Notes: a model not told the origin generated them from the letters alone. A stretch of 64,000 nt of DNA from an uncultured Methylomirabilota bacterium (GCA_963845565.1 CAWJSJ010000001.1:1-64000), one strand, 5' to 3'. Shown: positions 40,401-50,554, counted from the first letter of the stretch. A program made the numbers and translations.

Positions 40401-43028
40401 AGACCCTGGATCGGGCGGGGACGGGGAACACCTACACCGTGGCGCTGACCACCGCCCTGACCCGAGTGAGCACCTTCCACGTCGAGCCGCTCGCCACCGG
40501 CGGGACCCGGCAGGTGGACACCGAGCCGGACGGCACCCAGACCGAGATGCGGACCGGCACGGATGGAATCACCACCACGACCGTGGCCGATGGGACGGTC
40601 ACGACGCTCAAGAAGGGCCCCGACCCCCGCTTCGGGATGCAGGCGCCGATCTCCAGCGCACTCACCCTCCGGATGCCGAGCGGCCTGACCTCGAGCCTGG
40701 CGATGACCCGCACGGTCACGCTCAGCAATCCGAGCAATCTTCTGAGCGTCACCAGCCAGACGGACACGCTGACGCTGAATGGCCGGACGGCCACCAGTAC
40801 GTACACCGCGTCTACGAAGACCCGCACGGACCGGAGCCCGGCCAATCGCGTTGCCACCACGACCCTCGATGCGCAAGGACGAGTCGTCCGCGCGCAGGCG
40901 GACAGCCTGGAGCCGGTCGCCTTCACCTATGACCCCCGCGGCCGCCTGAGCACTGTCGTCCAGGGGACGGGTGGCACCGCCCGGACCTCCACCTTCGCCT
41001 ACAACCCCGAGGGCTTCCTGGAGACCATCACCGATCCGCTCAACCGCACCGTACGGTTCACCTACGACCCGGCAGGCCGGGTGCTCACGCAGATCCTCCC
41101 GGACCTCCGGGTGATCCAGACCACCTACGACGCGAACGGCAACGTCGCGTCCGTCACGCCGCCGAGTCGGCCGGCGCATGCCTTCGATTACACGCCGATT
41201 GACCTGGAGGCGAGCTACACGCCACCGGATCTCGGGATCGGGACCGTGGCGACGACCTACACGTACAACCAAGACCGCCAACTCACCCAGGTCACGCGGC
41301 CCGATGGCCAGGCGCTCACCCTGGACTACGAGCCCACCGGCGGTCGGCTCACGACCCTCACGGCGCCCACGGGCCAGACCACCGTCACCTACCACCCGAC
41401 GACCGGCAATGTCAGCAACATCGACAGTCCCGGCGGGGTGGGGCTCAGCTACACGTACGATGGGTCGCTGCTCACCGGCACCAGCCTGGACCGGTCCGGT
41501 GGCGGGGAGTGTGACGCGCACCTATGACACCGACTTCCGAGTGGCCACCGAGAGCGTCAATGGCGGGAACCCGGTGACCCTTCAGTACGACCCCGACAGC
41601 CTCCTCACGCAGGCGGGGAGCCTGACGCTCGACGCGCCATCCGCAGCACGGGTTGCTCACTGGCACAGCGTTGGGGGGCGTCACGGACGCGTACACCTAC
41701 AGCACCTTCGGGGAACTCGACACGTATCAAGCGAGCTACAATAGTTCCCCGCTCCTCAACAGCACCTACGCCCGCGACGCCCTCGGCCGGATCACGCAGA
41801 AAGTCGAGACCATCGGGGGTGCGACCACGACCACGGCGTACGGCTACGACACCGCCGGTCGCTTGACCGATGTCACGGTGGACGGCGTCCTCACTGCTCA
41901 CTACGCCTACGACGGGAACGGCAACCGCCTGAGCGTCACGCGCCCCGTCAGCGGGACGGTCTCGGGGATCTACGATGCGCAGGACCGCGTGACGACCTAC
42001 GGCGCCATCGCGTACACGTATACCAGCAACGGCGATCTCCTGACCGCCACGAGCGGGGGCGAGACGACCACCTACGCGTATGACGTCTTCGGCAACCTCA
42101 CCGCGGTGACCTTGCCATCTGGCACGCAGATCGCGTACGTGATCGACGGCCAGCACCGCCGGATCGGCAAGAAGGTCAATGGCGTCCTCACCCAAGGCTT
42201 CCTGTACGGCAGCCAACTCCGCCCAGCCGCCGAACTGGATGGCAGTGGGGCAGTGGTGGCCCGCTTCGTCTACGGCACCCGGATCAACGTCCCCGACTAC
42301 ATGGTGAAGAGGCGGCGTCACCTACCGCCTCTTGACAGACCACCTCGGGTCCGTCAGGCTCGTGGTCAACACGACCACGGGAGCCATTGTCCAACGGATG
42401 GACTACGACGAGTTCGGCCAGGTCACCCAGGACACCGACCCCCGGCTTCCAACCCTTCGGCTTCGCCGGGGGGCTGTACGATTCCGACACCAAGCTCGTG
42501 CGCTTCGGCGCCCGAGACTACGATGCGTTCACGGGACGGTGGACGACGAAGGATCCGATTGGGTTTGCGGGTAGGGATACGAATCTTTACGGTTACGTCT
42601 GGGGAAATCCTGGCCGTTTCGTTGATCCGCTCGGAGAAAACGTTCGTGTGTCGCGGTACTTGGGCGCTGGCGGGCTAGGACACATTGGGCTGGGGATCGT
42701 CGGTGTCGAGGGCGAAGGCACCGTGGGATTTTACCCCGAACCAGGTCATGGTCTCGGCGAGCTTTTAAAAGGGGTCCCTGGCGCAATCCTGTCTGACGAC
42801 CCGACGAAGCGGCGTGGGACCATTGTCATACCTACGACACTGGAACAAGACCTATGCGTCGAGGAGTGCATTAATCAGCGAACGGCGGAGCCGGGGACCT
42901 ACCGTGGACGCGAGAACAACTGCAAGGACTTCGTCCACGAGTGTCTTACGCGGTGTCGCATTCCAGCGGGCGGGCCACCGGCACCCTGGGGGTACTTCGA
43001 TTCACTTCGGCAATTGTATGGGCAGTGA
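34419..43028 (+). CDS. Giant secreted teneurin-like RHS/YD-repeat protein (Ig-like stalk, Big_2-like domains, NHL repeats, YD shell, C-terminal tip), broken by ~6 frameshifts
   Basis: Signal peptide; ~92-aa Ig-like repeats; [16 protein letters not shown] Big_2-like motifs; RAAVLRGRV...[36 protein letters not shown] repeats; YD repeats; [31 protein letters not shown]...[11 protein letters not shown]...NLYGYV.GNP..FVDPLG. Pieces: 34419-37160, 36850-38721, 38153-41527, 41178-41744, 41653-42678, 42332-42574, 42387-43028. Confidence 0.88.
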
Positions 43029-43047
43029 GGGAGCTGTGAGGGTTGCG

Positions 43048-43503
43048 ATGATGCGCGCTAAACGGGTCTCCGTTGTAAAATGCGTACTGTGGTTTGGTGT
43101 GGTCGGCGGCGCCGGAGTGCCCGGGCTGTACTTGGGTGTGTGGAATGCCGTGCTGTGGATAGGGATAGATAGACTTGAGGCAGTATTTCCTCGTGCCATG
43201 GTTTGGATCGAAGCTGTCCGGCTAATGTTCTGGCCGTTCTCAATCTTTCTGCTCGGCATCGGAGAATCTGCGACAAAAGCCTTCATTGAAGCGATCCTTC
43301 TGAACATGCTACTGTACGGCATGATCGGAGCGCTCGCTTGGATAAGCCTTGGCCACCGTCTTGCCGAGTGGATGTTAGTTGGCGCCTCACTCCTCGGGCT
43401 CTATGCTGTCAACTCTTCGCTGGTGAGTCATCCCGCTAGCTTCGCTTTCGCCGCTGTCATTCTCTTCCTCTTCTTCACCCTCTTCTATTGGAGATTGAGC
43501 TGA
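43048..43503 (+). CDS. Small multi-pass membrane protein, candidate immunity or partner protein of the RHS tip
   Basis: Starts about 20 nt after the RHS stop; several hydrophobic segments; visibly lower GC than its flanks. Confidence 0.6.
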   Translation: MMRAKRVSVVKCVLWFGVVGGAGVPGLYLGVWNAVLWIGIDRLEAVFPRAMVWIEAVRLMFWPFSIFLLGIGESATKAFIEAILLNMLLYGMIGALAWISLGHRLAEWMLVGASLLGLYAVNSSLVSHPASFAFAAVILFLFFTLFYWRLS

Positions 43504-43548
43504 CTGTAATACGGGACTCGGCCGTTTCTGCGCTGTCAAGATGGACAA

Positions 43549-44625
43549 GGGGACGGTGTTGCCTTCGTGAACTTGCGACGATCCGCTGTCCCGCGCCGGC
43601 CTACCCTGCCCGCTTCGGAGGGACGTTCAATGCCGCGCCAAGCCCGCCTCGATGCCCCCGGCACCCTCCACCACGTGATCATCCGCGGCCTCGAGCGCGG
43701 CATGATCGTCCGCGATGACACCGACCGTGACGCCTTCGTGGCCCGACTCGGCGACGTCGCCCAGGCGACCCGGACCGCGATCTATGCCTGGGCGCTCCTG
43801 CCGAACCATGCCCATCTCTTACTCCGGAGCGGCCCCGGCGGCCTGCCGCGTTTCATGCGCCGCCTTCTCACGGGGTACGCCATCACCTTTAACCGCCGAC
43901 ACAAGCGAGTCGGGTATTTGTTCCAGAACCGTTACAAGTCCATTGTCTGCGAGGAAGATGCGTACTTCCGGGAGTTGGTGCGCTATATCCACCTGAATCC
44001 CTTGCGCGCGGAACTCGTCGAGAGCCTCCGGAGGCTCGCATGCTACCCGTGGTGCGGGCACGCGACGGTGCTCGGTCGCAACCCGCGACCGTGGCAAGAC
44101 CGGCAGGCTGTGCTGGCGTGGTTTGGGGAATCGGAGCACAGGGCGATCAACCGATACCGTGACTTTGTGCGGGAGGGGATTCCACTAGGACGCCGGCCCG
44201 ACCTCGTTGGGGGCGGCCTGGTGCGGTCTGCCGGCGGATGGGCGGAGGTACGGGCGCGGCACCGACACAACGAACCGGTGATGGGCGACCCCCGCATCCT
44301 CGGGGATGGGGAGTTTGTCGCCCAACTCCTTCGCGAGGCGGAGGCGCACCAGGCGGTCGCGTTACGGCGGAGCATAACGCCCGAAGAGATCGGTGCGGCG
44401 ATCCACAGAGTGTGCGCCACGAACCACCTGGCGGTGGAGGAGCTTCAAGCGGGGGGCCGCCGCGGGCGACTCTCGGCTATTCGCGCAGAGATCGCCCGCG
44501 TGTTGGTCACAACGCACGGGCTTTCCCTTGCTCAGACCGCCCGGCACCTTGGCGTCTCCACCACGGCGGTGTCTAAGATTCTCCGAAGGGCGGAGAGCTA
44601 AGTTTACGAAGGCAACACCGTCCCC
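43549..44625 (+). mobile_element. RAYT-type element bounded by 26-bp inverted repeats
   Basis: GGGGACGGTGTTGCCTTCGTGAACTT (43549-43574) versus AAGTTTACGAAGGCAACACCGTCCCC (44600-44625): 25/26 reverse-complement match. Confidence 0.75.
43630..44601 (+). CDS. REP-associated tyrosine transposase-like HUH (Y1) transposase with a C-terminal HTH
   Basis: MPRQARLDAPGTLHHVIIRG, YAWALLPNHAHLL (HUH), FNRRHKRVGYLFQNRYKS, LVRYIHLNP, YPWCGH; C-terminal GLSLAQTARHLGVSTTAVSK. Confidence 0.9.
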   Translation: MPRQARLDAPGTLHHVIIRGLERGMIVRDDTDRDAFVARLGDVAQATRTAIYAWALLPNHAHLLLRSGPGGLPRFMRRLLTGYAITFNRRHKRVGYLFQNRYKSIVCEEDAYFRELVRYIHLNPLRAELVESLRRLACYPWCGHATVLGRNPRPWQDRQAVLAWFGESEHRAINRYRDFVREGIPLGRRPDLVGGGLVRSAGGWAEVRARHRHNEPVMGDPRILGDGEFVAQLLREAEAHQAVALRRSITPEEIGAAIHRVCATNHLAVEELQAGGRRGRLSAIRAEIARVLVTTHGLSLAQTARHLGVSTTAVSKILRRAES

Positions 44626-44677
44626 CAGACCGTCCCCCAGACCGGCACGAGGTTTTTGGTCACGGCATGCGTCGCGA

Positions 44678-45313
44678 TCACGGTTCGGTTGGGAGGATGG
44701 TGGTGGGAGTAACGGTGAAGATCCTATGCGGAGTGACGGTGACCGTGTGTTCGTTCTCCTTCCCGGACACCCGCAGGACGACCCGGTGGCGGCCCGGGGT
44801 CACGGCGTGGATCCCGAGGCCATCGCTCAGCCCTATCGGAACGCCATCCACGGCCGCTTCAGCATCGGCGGGAAGCTTGAAGAGCAAGAGGCCCGAGGCG
44901 TAAGGCGCCGTCTGGTCGCCGAGGGGAAAGGGGACGGCTGACGGCATGGGGGGAGGAGGCGGCCCGACCGCATAGGGGGCCGATGCGGAATAGCCACACG
45001 GAAAATAGAATCCCATGGACTGCGACCAGCAGTGGGTCGTCCCGCTGCCAGGATCGTAGTACGACAGGGAAGCGCCGGGCGGAATCGAGAAGCGGGTTCC
45101 GGGGAGGGGCCCTCCGCCGGGAAACAGCGTCGTCCCTGGGCCCGGAGCCCAGCCGTAGGTGTTATAAGCGCCCGGGCCGTGTGACCACCACTGTCGCCAC
45201 GCGGCAGCGGTTCGAGGCGAGGCGAGCAAGGTGAGAGTCGCAGCGAGGATTACCAGTAGGACGACGGCTCTCCGCAAGCCGTCCGTCGGTCGGCACTCTT
45301 TGGCCGCACGCAT
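44678..45313 (-). CDS. Secreted proline-rich protein with a C-terminal PEGA-like domain
   Basis: Hydrophobic signal AVVLLVILAATLTLLASPRTAAA; C-terminus LPADAEAAVDGVPIG...VTPGRHRVVLRVSG. Confidence 0.6.
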   Translation of the reverse strand: MRAAKECRPTDGLRRAVVLLVILAATLTLLASPRTAAAWRQWWSHGPGAYNTYGWAPGPGTTLFPGGGPLPGTRFSIPPGASLSYYDPGSGTTHCWSQSMGFYFPCGYSASAPYAVGPPPPPMPSAVPFPLGDQTAPYASGLLLFKLPADAEAAVDGVPIGLSDGLGIHAVTPGRHRVVLRVSGKENEHTVTVTPHRIFTVTPTTILPTEP

Positions 45314-45716
45314 CAGGGGGAGGGGTCTACGCCTACGCTGGACGGTGGCTATCCATCGAGAGTCCATCGAGAATCCATGTTGAACCCATACCGCCTCACA
45401 CCGTGGGGCGATGATGGTCCGCCCTAACCGGTTTGTCAAGGCGTGAATTGACGACTGGATTGCGCAAGCGCCTCGACTGACGGTTACTCCGAAGCGTGGG
45501 ATAACGTCTACACCGCCCGCCGCGCTGCTCCGTTCGTGGGGAAGGCGCTCCCGTTTGCACCCGATGCGACGCAAGCGCTCGGCTCCCCCTCCGGACCTCT
45601 CCGAGAGGCGGTTCCGCCCCTCGTCGAGCTCTCCCCTAGACTGTACGGTTCTGCTCGGCGTGTCGCCTATTGTACGCACCGCACAGTCCGTCGAGGCGGG
45701 CGAGGGCGTGTTGCGA

Positions 45717-46991
45717 TCATCGCATGAACGCATTCGGCAGCAGCGTGACGACCTGGGGGATGAACGTGACGAAGGCGAGCGCGACGGTCATGGCGCCGAC
45801 GAAGGGCCAGATGTACGGCATGGCCTCGTCCAGGGTGGTGCGGCCGACCTTGCACGCGGCGATGAGATCCACGCCCACCGGCGGGGTGTTGGCGCCGATG
45901 GCCATGTTGACGGTGACCATGACGCCGAAGTGGACCGGGTCCATCCCCAGGCTGGTGACCAGGGGCATCAGGACGGGGACCACGATGATGATGATGGCGA
46001 TGGTCTCCATGAACGTGCCCAGGATCAGGAGCAGGACGTTGATCAGGAGCAGCAGGGCGTAGTAGTTGTTCGTGATGCCGAGGAAGAACTCGGCCATCTT
46101 CTGGGGGATCTGCTCGGCGGCCAGGATCCAGCCGAAGAGGGCCGCGGCCGAGATGATGAAGAGGATGATGCCCGTCGTCTCGGCCACGCGCAGGAAGATC
46201 GAGGGGAGCTGCCGGAGCGTCAGCGTCCGGTAGACGCAGAGGCCCAGGACCAGGGCATAGGCCGAGGCCGCCGCGGCCGCCTCGGTGGCGGTGAAGACGC
46301 CGGTGACGATGCCGCCGATGATGATGACCGGCGTGAGCAGCGACAGGAAGGCCTGCCGGAACGACGTACCGACCTTCCGCAGCGAAAAGGGGTCGCCGGG
46401 CGGAAGATTCATTCGCTTGGCGTAAACCCAGGCTAAGGCCATCAGGCAGAGGCCCGTGAAGACTCCCGGGATGAATCCCCCCAGGTAGAGCTTGCCGATC
46501 GAGGTCCCCGTCGTCACCCCCAGGATGATCATGACGATCGAGGGTGGGATGACCGTCCCAAGCGAGCCGGCGCAGCCCAGCAGGCTGCAGGAGAGGCCCT
46601 TCTTGTAGCCCTGCCGGTCCATGGCCGGCAGCATCAAGGAGCCGATGGCGGTGACGTCCGCCACGCCCGAGCCGGAGATGGCCCCGAAGAACATGCAGGA
46701 GATGACCATGACCATGGCCAGGCCGCCGGCGATGCGGCCGACCAGCGCGTTCGCGAACCCGATGATCCGCTCAGTGATATTGGCTTCGGACATGAGCTGG
46801 CCGGCCAGCAGGAAGAGCGGGATGGCGAGGAGGGGGAAGGAGTCGATCCCGATGGTCATCTGCTGGGCGATGACCGCCAGCGAGACGCTGCCGTAAAGGA
46901 GTAGATAGAGGACCGAGGCCACCCCGATGGCGACCGAGATGGGGATGCCCAGGACAACCGCCAGGAAGAAGCTGCCGACCAGGGCGATCAT
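45717..46991 (-). CDS. dctM: TRAP transporter large permease
   Basis: DSFPLLAIPLFLLAGQLM, FFGAISGSGVAD, IPPSIVMII, GVFTATEAAA, MDPVHFGV, TPPVG. Confidence 0.93.
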   Translation of the reverse strand: MIALVGSFFLAVVLGIPISVAIGVASVLYLLLYGSVSLAVIAQQMTIGIDSFPLLAIPLFLLAGQLMSEANITERIIGFANALVGRIAGGLAMVMVISCMFFGAISGSGVADVTAIGSLMLPAMDRQGYKKGLSCSLLGCAGSLGTVIPPSIVMIILGVTTGTSIGKLYLGGFIPGVFTGLCLMALAWVYAKRMNLPPGDPFSLRKVGTSFRQAFLSLLTPVIIIGGIVTGVFTATEAAAAASAYALVLGLCVYRTLTLRQLPSIFLRVAETTGIILFIISAAALFGWILAAEQIPQKMAEFFLGITNNYYALLLLINVLLLILGTFMETIAIIIIVVPVLMPLVTSLGMDPVHFGVMVTVNMAIGANTPPVGVDLIAACKVGRTTLDEAMPYIWPFVGAMTVALAFVTFIPQVVTLLPNAFMR

Positions 46992-47473
46992 GCCGCTTCT
47001 CGCGTGCGGAGGGCCTGAAGCTCCTGGAGGATCTGGAGGAGCAGGTACAGCATCATGAGGAGCGCCCCCACCGGCAGGGCCGCGTACACCAGCCCCATTG
47101 GGAGCTGCAGGGCCGTGGAGCGGTGGTGGGCCGTGATGTTGACGACGAGGCTGCCGCTGTAGACCAGCACTCCCAGGAAGGCGAGGATGACGAGGTTGGC
47201 TGCCAGGTGGATCCAGCGCTGCGTCCGCCGCGGCAGCCACGTCAGGCAGAGGGTGATGTTGATGTGGGCCTCGGTCTTCTGGGCGAGGGCCGCCGCCAGG
47301 AAACTCATCCAGATGAGCAGATAGCGCGGCAGCTCCTCGGACCAGAAGAGCGGCTGGCGCAAGACGTAGCGAAAGACGACCTGGAGGAAGACCACCAGCG
47401 CGATGCCCATGCTCAGGACGATGAGCACGCGCTCGATGCCGTAGGTCAGACGGCGGATCAGCGTCGAGTCCAT
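46988..47473 (-). CDS. dctQ: TRAP transporter small permease
   Basis: QVVFRYVL..PLFWSEELPRYLLIWMSFL; four hydrophobic segments; lies between dctP and dctM. Confidence 0.92.
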   Translation of the reverse strand: MDSTLIRRLTYGIERVLIVLSMGIALVVFLQVVFRYVLRQPLFWSEELPRYLLIWMSFLAAALAQKTEAHINITLCLTWLPRRTQRWIHLAANLVILAFLGVLVYSGSLVVNITAHHRSTALQLPMGLVYAALPVGALLMMLYLLLQILQELQALRTREAA

Positions 47474-47500
47474 CCGAATGCTCGCATCAGTTTCGGGAGA

Positions 47501-47547
47501 CGGCGGGGCCGGGGTGTGGGGCAATCCCCGGCACCCCGGCCCCGCCG
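47501..47547. terminator. Intercistronic stem-loop after dctP
   Basis: CGGCGGGGCCGGGGTG / CACCCCGGCCCCGCCG forms a perfect 16-bp stem. Confidence 0.55.
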
Positions 47548-47572
47548 CCGGAAGGTGTCTGCACGCGCTCGC

Positions 47573-48547
47573 CTACTTGCGCGCCTTCTCGATCAGGTCG
47601 AAGAATTCCTTGCCGAACACATCCTCGTACTGCTTCCAGACGGGGGCGACGGCCTGGACGAAGAGGGCGTTGTTCGGGGTGTTGACCTGCATCCCCTTGG
47701 CCTTCAGCTTGGCCAGGAAGTCGTCGCTCGACTCCTGGACCATCTTGCGCTGCTTGTCCCGCCAGGTGAAGGCGACCTTCTGAATGGCCTGCTGGTCGGC
47801 CGCACTCACCTTGTCCCAGACCCCCTTGGCCGTCACCAACGTGGCGGAGGACCAGACATGGTTGGTGAGGGAGAGGTACTTCTGCACCTCGAAGAAGTTG
47901 CTCGAAAAGATGATGGCCAGCGGATTCTCCTGGCCGTCCACCGCGCCCTGCTGCAGGGCGGAGTAGAGCTCGGCAAAGGCCATGGGCACCGGCAGGGCGC
48001 CCAGCGCCTTGAAGGTGTCCAGGCGGATCTTGTCCGGCGTCACGCGCACCTTCAACCCCTTCAGGTCGTCCGGCACGGTGATGGCCCGCTTGCTGTTGGT
48101 CAGGTTGCGGAAGCCGTTCTCCCACCAGGCCAGCCCCTTGATGCCCTTCTTCTCCAGCAGCCCGAAGAGCCGATTCCCCGCCTCCCCGTCGAAGACCCGA
48201 TAGGCGTGCTGGTGGTCGCTGAAGGCGTAGGGCAAGCCCTCCAGGCCCAGCTTGGGCTCGATGTTCTGGAACGAGGCGCCGCCGATGAGGCCCATCTCGA
48301 CCGTGCCGAGCTGCAACCCCTCGATCATGGCCGTCTCGGTGCCAAGTTGGGAGTTCGGAAACACCTTGATCTCGACGCGCCCGGCCGTGACCACCTTCAC
48401 CTCGTCGGCGAAGCCGGAGGCGGCGACGTGCCAGTTGTGCGCCGGGGGCAGGACGTGGCCCAGCTTCAATACGGCCGCGTGGGCCGGCGCCGCCGCCAGG
48501 ATGGCCAGCGCGGCGACCGACAGGACAACGGTTCTGATCCTCTGCAT
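47573..48547 (-). CDS. dctP: TRAP transporter substrate-binding protein
   Basis: Signal peptide; VFPNSQLGTE, ENGFRNLTN, DLKGLKVRV, PMAFAELYSALQQGAVDGQENP, FFEVQKYLSLTNH. Confidence 0.94.
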   Translation of the reverse strand: MQRIRTVVLSVAALAILAAAPAHAAVLKLGHVLPPAHNWHVAASGFADEVKVVTAGRVEIKVFPNSQLGTETAMIEGLQLGTVEMGLIGGASFQNIEPKLGLEGLPYAFSDHQHAYRVFDGEAGNRLFGLLEKKGIKGLAWWENGFRNLTNSKRAITVPDDLKGLKVRVTPDKIRLDTFKALGALPVPMAFAELYSALQQGAVDGQENPLAIIFSSNFFEVQKYLSLTNHVWSSATLVTAKGVWDKVSAADQQAIQKVAFTWRDKQRKMVQESSDDFLAKLKAKGMQVNTPNNALFVQAVAPVWKQYEDVFGKEFFDLIEKARK

Positions 48548-48569
48548 GCCTTCTCCTCCTCGTGACGTG

Positions 48570-48679
48570 CGGTTAGTCGTTGTCAAAGAATTAGTTGAGC
48601 GGAGACATTCCGAAACGGCATAAGGAGCCGTAACGAAATAGAAAGAGATGTATAGGTTATTTCGTAACGGCTCCTAACC
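48570..48679. repeat. Duplicated upstream element with a 17-bp inverted repeat (copy 1)
   Basis: 48597-48679 is identical to 63902-63984 and contains TAA-GGAGCCGTAACGAAATA...TATTTCGTAACGGCTCC-TAA. Confidence 0.9.
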
Positions 48680-49847
48680 GATTGAGGCGCTGAATCCGTT
48701 CGAGGGCTTCGGTGAGTCTCGTCTCGGTGACGGTCAGCGCGGCGCGAAAGTACCCTTCCCCGTGCGGGCCGAAACCGGCCCCGGGCGTGACGACGATGCC
48801 GGCCCCGTCCAGCAGGCGCCGGCAAAACGATCCCGAGGTCTCGCCGCCGGGAATGCCCGCCCAGACGTAGAAGGTGGCCGTCGGCTTCTCCACCGCGAAA
48901 CCCAGCCGGCGCAGGCCATCCACGAACAGATCGCGGCGCCGCTGGAAGCGTACCCGCATGTCGTCCAGCAGCGCCGGATCGCCCGAGAGCGCCGCGATTC
49001 CGGCCCGCTGGACGACAGGAAAGATCCCGGTCTCGTAGTTCGATTTCACGGCGCCCAGGGCGGCGATGGCCTGGGCGTTGCCGACGACCACGCCGATCCG
49101 CCACCCGGTCATGAGATAGGTCTTGGAGAGGGAGTGAAACTCCACGCCGGTGCGGGCGCCGTCCGCAGCCTGCAGGAAGCTCGGCGGGCGGTGGCCGTCG
49201 AAGTAGACCTCGGAGTAGGCGTTGTCATGGCAGATCAGGATGTCGTGCGCTCGGCCGAAGGCGGCCAGCCGCTCGAAGAAGTCCGGCGTGGCCGTGGCCG
49301 CCGTCGGATTGTTCGGATAGTTCACGTGCATCAGGCGCACGCGGGAGAGGTCTTGACGGTCGAGGGCCGCCAGGTCCGGGAGCCAGCCGGTCCGGGCCGA
49401 CAGGGGGTAGTAGCGGGGAATGCCGCCTGCCAGGATGGTGCCTCCCTGGTAGGTCGGATACCCCGGGTCCGGACACAGGACTTCATCTCCCGGGTCCACG
49501 AACGCCAGATGGATGTGGCCGATGCCCTCCTTGGATCCGATCAGGGGGAGGACCTCGCTCTCGGGGTCCAGGACGACGCCGAAGCGGCGCCGGTACCAGT
49601 CGGCGAAGGCCTGGCGCAACTCGGCCATGCCGCGAAAGGAGGAGTAGTGGTGGTTCGCCCCGTCTTCCACGGCGGCGTGGGCCGCCTCGCGGATGTGGGG
49701 CGGGGTGGGAAGGTCGGGGTCACCCACGCCGAGGTCGATCACGTCCAGCCCGCGGCCGATCGCCTCCTGCTTCAGACGAACGATCTCGTCCATCAGATAG
49801 ACGGGCAGTTCGCCCATCCGTTTGGCCTTGCGTGTCGCACCACTCAT
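48657..49847 (-). CDS. PLP-dependent class I/II aminotransferase (LL-diaminopimelate aminotransferase-like)
   Basis: IDLGVGDPD, PLIGSKEGI, PDPGYPTY, NYPNNPT, HDNAYSE, EFHSLSKTYLMTGWRIG, TPGAGFG..GEGYFR. Confidence 0.9.
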   Translation of the reverse strand: MSGATRKAKRMGELPVYLMDEIVRLKQEAIGRGLDVIDLGVGDPDLPTPPHIREAAHAAVEDGANHHYSSFRGMAELRQAFADWYRRRFGVVLDPESEVLPLIGSKEGIGHIHLAFVDPGDEVLCPDPGYPTYQGGTILAGGIPRYYPLSARTGWLPDLAALDRQDLSRVRLMHVNYPNNPTAATATPDFFERLAAFGRAHDILICHDNAYSEVYFDGHRPPSFLQAADGARTGVEFHSLSKTYLMTGWRIGVVVGNAQAIAALGAVKSNYETGIFPVVQRAGIAALSGDPALLDDMRVRFQRRRDLFVDGLRRLGFAVEKPTATFYVWAGIPGGETSGSFCRRLLDGAGIVVTPGAGFGPHGEGYFRAALTVTETRLTEALERIQRLNRLGAVTK

Positions 49848-49988
49848 CGGAGATGATCCCGCCTCGATCCGACGCATCGCCGGGGCTGAATTGATCGGGC
49901 GCATGATCGATGATACGCCCGGCTTTGTCAAGGAGTTGCGACCGCGGTTGGCGCAACGGACCGGGCCGGGCGGCGGAGGGAAGGGCGG

Positions 49989-50375
49989 ATGGGACTGCAC
50001 ATGTCGGTGGCAGCGATGGACCTGGCCATCGCCAGGCTGGAGGCGAAAGCGGCAGTGCCCGTCTGGGCGATGGCGGGAGGGTTCTTCTCGGTCACGCGAA
50101 CGCCGGACGAACTGTCGGTGGTTGTGGAGCAGGCCCGGATTCCGTCGGGCACCCCGGCAGACGGCGGGTGGTGCGCGCTGAAGGTCGAGGGGTCGCTTCC
50201 GCTCTCGGCGGTCGGCATCCTGCATTCGATCACCGGACCGCTGGCCGGGGCGGGGATCAGCATCTTTGCGGTCTCGACCCACGACACGGATTACCTCCTG
50301 GTGAAGGCGGAGGCGATGGCGCAGGCAGTCCGCGCGCTGTCCGCGGCCGGCCACACGGTGGGCGGTCCGGCGTGA
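49989..50375 (+). CDS. ACT-domain protein (CASTOR/ACT_7-like)
   Basis: FFSVTRTPDELSVV, GWCALKVEG.LPL..VGIL..I..PLA.AGISIFAVSTHDTDYLLVK. Confidence 0.88.
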   Translation: MGLHMSVAAMDLAIARLEAKAAVPVWAMAGGFFSVTRTPDELSVVVEQARIPSGTPADGGWCALKVEGSLPLSAVGILHSITGPLAGAGISIFAVSTHDTDYLLVKAEAMAQAVRALSAAGHTVGGPA

Positions 50376-50554
50376 CGCCGGTGGCCGACGCGGTCTCGGC
50401 GCCCTCGTACTGGCATGCGACTCGTCCGGCGCATGGGACAAATCCCGTTCTCTTGCCGTCCGGGTGGGTCGCTTCGGCTTGACATCGGTTGGGGATGCGG
50501 ATAAATGGTTCCCCGATTCGGCGCCATGCTCGCCTGTCGGCGGAGGGATACCGG

